NCBI GenBank assembly: GCA_020072815.1
Contig: JAIQGE010000014.1
Location: forward strand, 7,223 to 71,222
From: Terriglobia bacterium
GTDB lineage: Bacteria > Acidobacteriota > Terriglobia > Terriglobales > Acidobacteriaceae
Reading direction: 5' to 3'
DNA: 64,000 bases
Position numbers and translations under genes: made by a program. Shown piece after piece: positions 57,141 to 64,000 of this stretch; within the stretch, counting starts at the first letter, position 1; each line of letters starts with the position of its first letter. The notes under the pieces are model-generated. The model worked only from the letters and a program-made list of their open reading frames with translations, was not told where the DNA came from and did not search any database.

Positions 57141-57401
57141 GCTCCGCTCCACACCGCCGCTGAGCGTTGTTCCTTCGCCGCCTGATACGCGCTTGTAGCA
57201 ACGGGCTCGGCACGCTAGTCGGCCTCGCCCTTAATCCTGCTGCGCCGCGACACACCGCGGGCGAGTATCGAATCTGCAAGGGCCATTCGGACCTGTTGCA
57301 GCGGGCTCCGCTCCACACCGCTGGCGAGTATCGTTCCTTCTTTGACTACTACGCGCCTGACATAACGGGCTCGGCACGCTAGTTGGCCTCGCCCTAAAGC
57401 C
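57141..57401 (+). repeat. tandem pair of about 97-bp repeat units (each ending in REP GGGCTCGGCACGCTAGTYGGCCTCGCCC) with a partial third copy in the 67-bp spacer
   Basis: copy 1 57141-57237, copy 2 57305-57401, about 85% identical; REP hairpins 57203-57230 and 57367-57394. Confidence 0.7.
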
Positions 57402-57434
57402 GCCGGTCCCGTCGGCGATTGTTATCATGAAGCC

Positions 57435-58250
57435 GTGGTTCGCCGCCTATCACCGCGACTGCTGTTGTTCGTGATCATCGTGGCCGTGGTTCCTGCGTAC
57501 GGTCAGGGCGGTCCGCCGCTGCGCACTGACGATCCCGGCACTCCCGGCAACGGCAACTGGGAAATCAACATTGGCCTCACCACCGACCGCCGTGCTGACC
57601 TGCGCCAGTTTGAAGCTCCCATCGTGGACGTCAACTACGGCCTGGGCGAACGCATCCAGCTCAAGTTTGAGATTCCCTTCCTCATCGAAGGCGTCAATTC
57701 CGCGGCCACCCGCAGCGGGCTGGGTAACTCGCTCATGGGAGTGAAGTGGCGCTTTTATGAGGACAAGAAGCGCGAGTTTTCTCTGTCCACTTACCCGCAA
57801 TTCGAATTCAACAATCCAACCCACTCGCTTGACCGCGGACTGGTGGACCGCGGACAGAGGCTCCTGCTTCCCCTGGAAGTCACCAAGAAGATTGGCCCGG
57901 TGGACGCGAACGGTGAAGTGGGCTATCGTTTCGCGCAGGTCGGGCCTGACGACTGGTTCGTCGGCCTGGCCTTCGGCCAACAGTTGACGCCGCGCGTGGA
58001 GCTTCTGGCGGAACTCTATCGGACGGCCGAAATCCGCGGCGCGGAACACGAATCCACTTTCGGCTTTGGCAGCCGGGTGAAACTCAGCAAGAACTTCGTG
58101 CTCATCTCCATGGCCGGACGCAGCTTCAGCGGCCCTGCCAGCGGCCAGCCGCAGCTGATTGGATATTTGGGAGTGCAGGTCCTGCTCTCCGGCCACGGGC
58201 ATTCAGGCGCAAGCGACGACCGCCACTACCTGCGAACCACGGCCAGGTAA
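57435..58250 (+). CDS. putative outer-membrane beta-barrel protein
   Basis: signal peptide LLLFVIIVAVVPAYGQG; alternating amphipathic beta-strand pattern; Gly/Asp-rich turns. Confidence 0.5.
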   Translation: MVRRLSPRLLLFVIIVAVVPAYGQGGPPLRTDDPGTPGNGNWEINIGLTTDRRADLRQFEAPIVDVNYGLGERIQLKFEIPFLIEGVNSAATRSGLGNSLMGVKWRFYEDKKREFSLSTYPQFEFNNPTHSLDRGLVDRGQRLLLPLEVTKKIGPVDANGEVGYRFAQVGPDDWFVGLAFGQQLTPRVELLAELYRTAEIRGAEHESTFGFGSRVKLSKNFVLISMAGRSFSGPASGQPQLIGYLGVQVLLSGHGHSGASDDRHYLRTTAR

Positions 58251-58788
58251 ATCAACAGCGCGGTTAGCACGGCGTTCCACACCAGCAGCGCGATCACCCA
58301 CAGGCTGGCGCCTTTCCACTTGCGGGCAAATTCGTTTTGTGTAGATTCAAGCTCCTGTTCGGCGGCGGCGGCGCGGGTCTCAGCGGCGGTAACCCGCCGT
58401 TCCAGCGACGCCAGCAAGCTGGCCAGGTCTTCATTGCTGGGCGCGACGATCTCTCCGGCGCTTCGCGTGCCTATGCGGTCCTTGGCCGCGTTGACCACGG
58501 CTTTGGTCACGTGCGGCGCGGCATGCGGCGCCACCGCTTTGACAATCTCGAAGAGTACGCTCCACAAGCCCATAGGGTGACCAATTTCAGGCGGCCAGTT
58601 GCAGATGCCCGCGAATCCCAAGAATCAAGAAGTAGTTGTAGGACGATTCTAGCCTTAGTTGCGAGGGTTCGCCGCACTAATTCCAGTCGCAAACCATTCA
58701 CGGTCCTGTGTCAGTGTTCGCGATTGGTCTGCTTTGACTTTGATCCGCGTTCATCCGCGAAAATCCGCGGTAGGCTTCTGCTCGGCGG

Positions 58789-59673
58789 TCATCGCCCATG
58801 CTGCGCCAGCCAGGTTGCCGCGTCGGCTTGGATGGCAGAGGCCTGCTCCGCGCTCAGGAGCTTCCGCACTTGCGCCTGGCCGGCCTGGGCTTTCGCCTTG
58901 TGCTCTTTTTCGCCGCGCTCAGCCGCAATTGTGAACCATTTGTAGGCCTGGGCATCGTCCCGCTGGACGCCTTCGCCGTCGCGCAGCAAGGCGGCGTATT
59001 CCAGTTGGGCGGGGACCAGTCCCCAGTCGGCGGCTTTGGCCATCCAGTCCGCAGCTTTCCTGGAATCCTGCGCCACGCCCTGGCCCAACTTGTACATCAA
59101 TCCCACGTGATACTGCGCGTTCGGACTGCCGGACTCCGCCTGCGGACGCAGCAACTCCATGGCCTTGCCGTAATCCTGGGCGACGCCTAGGCCCTGGTAA
59201 TACATGATTCCCAGGCTCTCTTTGGCGCTGCCCATGCCCTGCTTGGCGGCCAACTCAAACAAGCGGACGGCCTCCGGCAGGTCCTGCGGGACGCCCGCGC
59301 CGTCGCGATAGAGCTGCGCCAGCATGAACTGGGCCACGTCATGGCCCTGGCGCGCCGGGCCGGCAAACCAGCGCGCGGCTTCCGCGTCATTGCGGGGGAC
59401 GCCCAGGCCCAGGTGATACATGGCGCCCAGGTTAATCTGCGCGGGCGCATAGCCTTTGTCCGCCGCCAGCCGGTAGCAGCGGACGGCCTGGACGTGGTCC
59501 TGGGACATGCCGTTGCCGATGCGATAGAAATCGCCCAGATGCGTGAGCGCCACCACGTCGCCTTTTTCGGCAGCGGCGCGGACTTGCTCTACGGATTCCT
59601 GGGCGCGCAGCGCAGGCGTTGGTGTGACGATGACGGCCACGGCAAACATGATCGCCGCAAGCGCGGTCACCAT
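58789..59673 (-). CDS. Sel1-repeat (TPR-like) protein with signal peptide
   Basis: at least 6 Sel1 repeats; start at MVTALAAIMFAVAV (ORF track extends into antisense of next gene). Confidence 0.7.
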   Translation of the reverse strand: MVTALAAIMFAVAVIVTPTPALRAQESVEQVRAAAEKGDVVALTHLGDFYRIGNGMSQDHVQAVRCYRLAADKGYAPAQINLGAMYHLGLGVPRNDAEAARWFAGPARQGHDVAQFMLAQLYRDGAGVPQDLPEAVRLFELAAKQGMGSAKESLGIMYYQGLGVAQDYGKAMELLRPQAESGSPNAQYHVGLMYKLGQGVAQDSRKAADWMAKAADWGLVPAQLEYAALLRDGEGVQRDDAQAYKWFTIAAERGEKEHKAKAQAGQAQVRKLLSAEQASAIQADAATWLAQHGR

Positions 59674-59844
59674 AAGAAAGCGCCGGGTCGGCAGTAGTCC
59701 GGCGTGCTTGCGTTTCGTGTGCTGGGGTTGGCGCCGCACTGGCTGAGTTCCGCTAATAGTGTAGGCTACCGGAAGAATGTCCGCGAAAGCTGGGCGGAGA
59801 AAGCTGCGGACCGCTTCTATTTTCCCCAATGCCTTTTTTTCCAT

Positions 59845-61026
59845 ATGCGACAGGATTTTGACGTCATCATTCTCGGCGCCGGTGCCGCGGGGCTCATGTG
59901 CGCCATCGAAGCCGGCAAACGCCGCCGGCGTGTGGCCGTGCTGGAGCGCGCGGAGCGCATCGGCAAGAAGGTCCTTATCTCCGGCGGTGGGCGCTGCAAC
60001 TTTGCTAATCTGCATTGCCGTCCGGAGAACTTTCTTTCGGAGAACCCGCATTTTGCCAAGTCGGCGCTGGCCCGTTACACGCCAGCCGACTTCATCGCCC
60101 TGGTGAAGAAGCACCGCATTCAATTCCACGAAAAAACGCTGGGCCAGCTTTTCTGCGACCACTCCGCCCATGACATCCTGAGCATGCTGGAAGCGGAATG
60201 CCGGTCCGCCGGGGTGAAGATCTTCACCCATATCAAGGTGGAAGGCGTTGAGCGCGACGGCGCAGGATTTACCGTCCATGCCGGCGACGCCGAATTCCGC
60301 GGGTCCGCGCTGGTGGTGGCCACCGGCGGCCTGTCCATCCCCAAGATGGGCGCGACGGCTTTCGGTTACGACCTGGCGCGGCACTTTGGACTCAAGATCG
60401 TGCCGACGCGGCCGGCCTTGGTGCCTTTGGTTTTCACCGAGAAAGACCGCCGCAATTATTGCGATCTCTCGGGCGTGTCCGCTGAGGTGATTGCTTCTAT
60501 CGGGCGGCAGAGCTTTCGCGAGAAGATGCTGATTACCCATCGCGGGCTGAGCGGCCCGGCGATTTTGCAGATTTCGTCTTATTGGAAAACCGCGCTAGAG
60601 ATTTCTATTGATTTAGCGCCTGGAGGCGACACGTACCGCGATCTGCTCCGGGCCAACGCCCGCCGCGATTTGAACGCCGCCAAGGCCGCGTTGCGTACGG
60701 TGTTGCCGCAGCGCCTGGCCGACCGCTGGCTGGACCTGCACGCGACCCAGAACCAGATGAAGACTTGGACGAACCACGGCATCACCGAGCTTGAGCGCAA
60801 GACGCACCACTGGCAGGTGGTCCCGGAAGGCACGGAAGGCTACGCCAAGGCTGAAGTCACCGCCGGCGGCGTGGACACCAACGAACTCTCGGCGCAAACC
60901 ATGGAGAGCCGCAACGTGCCGGGACTGTTCTTCATCGGCGAAGTGGTGGACGTCACCGGACACCTGGGCGGCTTCAATTTTCAGTGGGCTTGGGCGTCAG
61001 GGTTTTGTGCTGGGCAAGCGGTGTAA
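59845..61026 (+). CDS. HI0933-family FAD-dependent oxidoreductase (BaiN/aminoacetone oxidase-like)
   Basis: dinucleotide fold DVIILGAGAAGLMCA; ISGGGRCNFAN; C-terminal GGFNFQWAWASG. Confidence 0.8.
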   Translation: MRQDFDVIILGAGAAGLMCAIEAGKRRRRVAVLERAERIGKKVLISGGGRCNFANLHCRPENFLSENPHFAKSALARYTPADFIALVKKHRIQFHEKTLGQLFCDHSAHDILSMLEAECRSAGVKIFTHIKVEGVERDGAGFTVHAGDAEFRGSALVVATGGLSIPKMGATAFGYDLARHFGLKIVPTRPALVPLVFTEKDRRNYCDLSGVSAEVIASIGRQSFREKMLITHRGLSGPAILQISSYWKTALEISIDLAPGGDTYRDLLRANARRDLNAAKAALRTVLPQRLADRWLDLHATQNQMKTWTNHGITELERKTHHWQVVPEGTEGYAKAEVTAGGVDTNELSAQTMESRNVPGLFFIGEVVDVTGHLGGFNFQWAWASGFCAGQAV

Positions 61027-61127
61027 GTTCTGCGCGATGCCAATCTTAAATTTGGCCATTACTCGGAGAGGTGGCCCCCCCCAAACCCAGAATCTCACCG
61101 CAGAGGACGCAGAGGTCGCAAAGGAAA

Positions 61128-63092
61128 TTACGGAAGCTTGTGGTTGGTCAGCAGAAAATTCCCGCCATTCTCTTTCACCACGTGCAGGTTCGGCTTGCCC
61201 ACGAGCGCTTCCAGGCGAGGCAGCTCCGAGCCATAGATCAGCAGGTAGCAGCGGCCCGGCTCATTCCACAGCGCCGCAAACTTCTGGTCGTCAATGAATA
61301 CTTGCGGCGCGCCTGGAGCGTAAGACCCGTACTCCAGGTTATTTACGCGGCCGTTCAGCAATAACGCCGAGCGGTTGGTATAGAAGAAGACGGACGAGAA
61401 AGCGTAGTAGGCGTCGGCTTCGATCAATTGTCCCGGCGGGCTTTGTTTCAAGCTTGTGGCCAGCGCGTACGATCCCAAATAAGGATCAAACCTCACCAGC
61501 GCGACGCGCGCTGCTTGAAAGAAGAGGACCATCCCCGCGCATATGGCCAGGACCGTAACGCGAGTGTTGTTGCGGGCCAGCACCAACGCCAAGGCAATTC
61601 CGCCGAAGGCAACCGCCGCCAGCACGAGCGGCAGCTTGAGGTAAGCGAACGAGTTCAGCGTGAGGTCGCCCATGTGGCCGAGGGACAGTGTGTACAGCTC
61701 GGGGTGCTGGCTGAGGGCTTGCGAGATGTCTCCCGGCGTGGGAAGACTCCAGACTTTCACCAGCACCAGGCAGATCGCGGCGAAGGCCAGCGTGGCCACC
61801 GAGAAAAGCGTCCACGTCCCAGCGCGGAGGAGTTTTTCTGTCAGGCTTTTTTTAGAAGGGCTTTTTGGGGACAAGCTTTTTTCAGCCGAGCTCTTATCGG
61901 CCAGCCCTGTTTCAGACAGGCCCGACTTCCCCGACGCCAGCGCCGAGCCGATCAACAGCGCCACCGCCGGATAAATCGGCATGGAGTAATACTCCTGCGT
62001 GGTGGAGAAAGTGAAGAAGAGCATCACTACGGCGATCCAGCAGACGGCCATCAGGCGTGCGCGCGCTGCGCGCGAATTCTGCCGATACTCCAGTTTCAGC
62101 GTGCCCGGCAGATACACCGACCAGGGAAATAGCCAGGCCAGGTTGAACAGCCAGAACCACAGTCGCGGGACGGTGTTGTAGTCGCGCGGGTAGCGCAGGT
62201 TGAGGAAGCGCAGCAGATGTTCGTTGAAGAAATAAAACCAGAAGAAGCCGCGATACTCGCCCGGGCCGCTGTGCATGGAAAACGCAAAGTACGGCGGGTT
62301 GGCGCGCATGGCCAGCACATGCCACGGGACGGCGATGACCAGCGCCACGCCGATCACCGTGAGCACGCGGAGCTTCCGCCAGGCTTCGAAACGGAGGAGT
62401 TGCCGCGTGACGGCCATGAACGCCAGTCCGGCGAGAATGGGAAACACAATGGCGATCAAGCCTTTGAGCAGCAGGCCCAGGCCAAAGCAAACTCCCATGA
62501 TCAACGCCCAGCGCCGCGGATGCGCGTCATCCGAATCTCCATCCGGTTCCAGAAGACGCAGCCAGGCCCAGACGGCGCCGGTGATGGTCAGCGTGACCAT
62601 GGCGTCAGGAATCAGGATGCGGGTAAAGAGATAAAGCCCGACGCACGTGGCCAGCGCCACGCCGGCGTAAAGGCCCCCGTCGTCGCCAAACGCCCAGCGT
62701 GCAAAGCGGTAAGTGACAAAGCAGAGAAGAACCACGGCCAAAGCCAGCGGCAATCGCGCGGCCCAATCGCGCACGCCAAACACGCGGTAGGACGCTGCCA
62801 TGGTCCAGTAAACCAGGGGAGCTTTTTCCAGGTAGGCGACGCCGTCCAGCCGGGCGGTGACCCAGTCGCCGGACTCCAGCATGTTGCGGGCGATTTGCGC
62901 CTGCACGGCGTCCACGTCGTCCATCAGGCGCGGAGGGCTTAGGATGTTGAGCAGGAAGACCAGACTGGCAGCGGCTACAACGATCCAACCTGATCGAGGA
63001 CTGGCGCTACGGCGTCCGCTTCCAGCAGGTCCTGCTCCGGCGCTTCGATCTTCCACTCTTTCATCCACAGAAACAGCACCATCAGTCCCCAT
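61128..63092 (-). CDS. GT39/GT83-family glycosyltransferase (ArnT/PMT-like undecaprenyl-phosphate-sugar transferase), polytopic membrane protein
   Basis: conserved loop DDVDAVQAQIARNMLESGDWVTARLDGVAYLEKAPLVYW; 12+ TM; hydrophilic KS-rich insert. Confidence 0.75.
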   Translation of the reverse strand: MGTDGAVSVDERVEDRSAGAGPAGSGRRSASPRSGWIVVAAASLVFLLNILSPPRLMDDVDAVQAQIARNMLESGDWVTARLDGVAYLEKAPLVYWTMAASYRVFGVRDWAARLPLALAVVLLCFVTYRFARWAFGDDGGLYAGVALATCVGLYLFTRILIPDAMVTLTITGAVWAWLRLLEPDGDSDDAHPRRWALIMGVCFGLGLLLKGLIAIVFPILAGLAFMAVTRQLLRFEAWRKLRVLTVIGVALVIAVPWHVLAMRANPPYFAFSMHSGPGEYRGFFWFYFFNEHLLRFLNLRYPRDYNTVPRLWFWLFNLAWLFPWSVYLPGTLKLEYRQNSRAARARLMAVCWIAVVMLFFTFSTTQEYYSMPIYPAVALLIGSALASGKSGLSETGLADKSSAEKSLSPKSPSKKSLTEKLLRAGTWTLFSVATLAFAAICLVLVKVWSLPTPGDISQALSQHPELYTLSLGHMGDLTLNSFAYLKLPLVLAAVAFGGIALALVLARNNTRVTVLAICAGMVLFFQAARVALVRFDPYLGSYALATSLKQSPPGQLIEADAYYAFSSVFFYTNRSALLLNGRVNNLEYGSYAPGAPQVFIDDQKFAALWNEPGRCYLLIYGSELPRLEALVGKPNLHVVKENGGNFLLTNHKLP

Positions 63093-64000
63093 AAGTGATA
63101 TCCCAAGTTGGCCTTGCGCTCAAGGTGGTCATGGACCATGCGCTCCACGGCGCTCCAGCGGAACAGGCCGCTCGCGCGCACCGCTTCTTCTGAGAGTGTT
63201 TCTTCCAGCAGCGGACGCAGCACGCCGCGGAACCAGTCATGCACCGGAATGTCAAAGCCGATCTTGGGCCGGCGCATCACGTTGGGCGGCAGTTTGTCCT
63301 GCATCAATCTGCGCAGGACATATTTGGATTTTGAGCCGTGGAGCTTGAAGCGTTCGGGCAGGCGCGCGGCAAAGTCCACGATGCGCGGATCAAGAAATGG
63401 CGGCCGCGCTTCCAGCGAGTGGGCCATGGTCATGCGGTCCACTTTGTAGAGAATGTCGTCGGCCAGGTAGTAGCGTTGGTCAAAATTCAGGAACCGCTCA
63501 AGCCCGTTGCCGGCCGGCATCCCGGAAAGCAGGTGGGCCATGGGACCGGAATCGGCAAAGTGGAAGAATTGCTGCTTCTCGTCTTCGGTAAACGTCCCGT
63601 TCCAGAAAACGTGGGCCTGTTCCGGCGTGAGCAAAGAACCTTGCAGGAACCGCTTGAGCTTGTATTCGAAACTGATCTTGTCGTCGGACACCGGCAGGCG
63701 ATTGGCGCAGGCCAGCGCCGCGTGGCGCAGACCGGCGGGGAAGCGGCGGGCCCAGGCGGCATAGCGATCGGCTTTGTAGGTGAGATAGCCGGCGAAAAGC
63801 TCGTCGGCGCCTTCGCCGGTCAGAATCACCGTGACTTGGCGTGTGGTCATCTCCGCCAGGAACCATGCGGGCAGCGCGCCGGCGTCGGCACTGGGCTCGT
63901 CAGAGTAGTACGCCATTTTGCGGATGGCGTCTTCCAGGTCTGCAGTTTCGTCCAGGTTCAGCTCTTCATGCACTGTGCCGAAATGGCGGGTGATCTCGCC
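62975..64000 (-). CDS. asnB: asparagine synthase (glutamine-hydrolysing), C-terminal synthetase domain; N-terminus beyond window
   Basis: Asn_synthase blocks ILTGEGADELFAGY, EARPPFLDPRIVDFAARLP; ORF open to window end. Confidence 0.85.
   Translation of the reverse strand, partial: GEITRHFGTVHEELNLDETADLEDAIRKMAYYSDEPSADAGALPAWFLAEMTTRQVTVILTGEGADELFAGYLTYKADRYAAWARRFPAGLRHAALACANRLPVSDDKISFEYKLKRFLQGSLLTPEQAHVFWNGTFTEDEKQQFFHFADSGPMAHLLSGMPAGNGLERFLNFDQRYYLADDILYKVDRMTMAHSLEARPPFLDPRIVDFAARLPERFKLHGSKSKYVLRRLMQDKLPPNVMRRPKIGFDIPVHDWFRGVLRPLLEETLSEEAVRASGLFRWSAVERMVHDHLERKANLGYHLWGLMVLFLWMKEWKIEAPEQDLLEADAVAPVLDQVGSL

Noticed and set aside
57450-58202. Minus-strand 250-aa ORF opposite the outer-membrane protein gene
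   Set aside because: The plus-strand product has a signal peptide and beta-barrel strand periodicity; the minus-strand translation is low complexity.

Overview
This is a 64 kb high-GC (about 60%) chromosomal segment, probably from an Acidobacteriota-type soil bacterium. That placement is an inference from the carboxypeptidase-regulatory-domain TonB-like receptor, the many REP/RAYT elements and weak Shine-Dalgarno usage. About 55 genes are packed on both strands. There are two tRNAs (Met-CAT at 39930-40005 and Leu-CAA at 57044-57130). I saw no rRNA and no CRISPR array.

Housekeeping content: a class-A PBP, an S41 C-terminal processing protease, an L,D-transpeptidase, kynureninase flanked by two APC permeases, an NtrY/NtrX-like two-component pair, a TetR/HlyD/ABC-2 efflux operon, IorAB-like molybdoenzyme subunits, and the C-terminus of asparagine synthase at the window edge.

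Mobile or repetitive content: a frameshifted IS110-family transposase; a REP-associated tyrosine transposase (RAYT) flanked by 20-bp inverted repeats; at least 5 REP-like hairpins of the GGGTGGG family within 2.4-6.2 kb; and a second REP family (GGCACGCTAGTNGGCCTCGCCC) at the window start and as a tandem doublet after tRNA-Leu.

Unusual genes:
- a patatin-like phospholipase whose catalytic domain is interrupted by a 4-TM insertion, next to a divergent MerR gene;
- a winged-helix DNA-binding domain fused to an alpha/beta hydrolase, divergent from an SBP56 (methanethiol-oxidase-like) gene followed by a His-rich 6-TM transporter;
- an orphan MbtH-like gene in an operon with a beta-carbonic-anhydrase-like gene and a PAP2 phosphatase, with no NRPS in the window;
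- a PIN-toxin pair with an atypical upstream partner;
- a secreted DPP-III-like (HExxH...EExKAD) peptidase translationally coupled to a PilZ protein;
- a TPR-GAF-degenerate-GGDEF protein;
- an AT-rich 136-aa ORF and an HTH/basic-tail gene pair inside the REP/IS hotspot;
- two orphan ORFs abutting tRNA-Met;
- a membrane-protein operon upstream of tRNA-Leu.

There is also a dispersed low-GC intergenic motif family (AGCACTTAGCC / TTAGCCATTRG) and a 660-bp ORF-free region with terminator- and antiterminator-like hairpins.

No canonical defence system is identifiable from sequence alone. The REP/RAYT/IS110 island cargo, the wHTH-hydrolase/SBP56 locus and the MbtH operon are the best candidates for undescribed biology.
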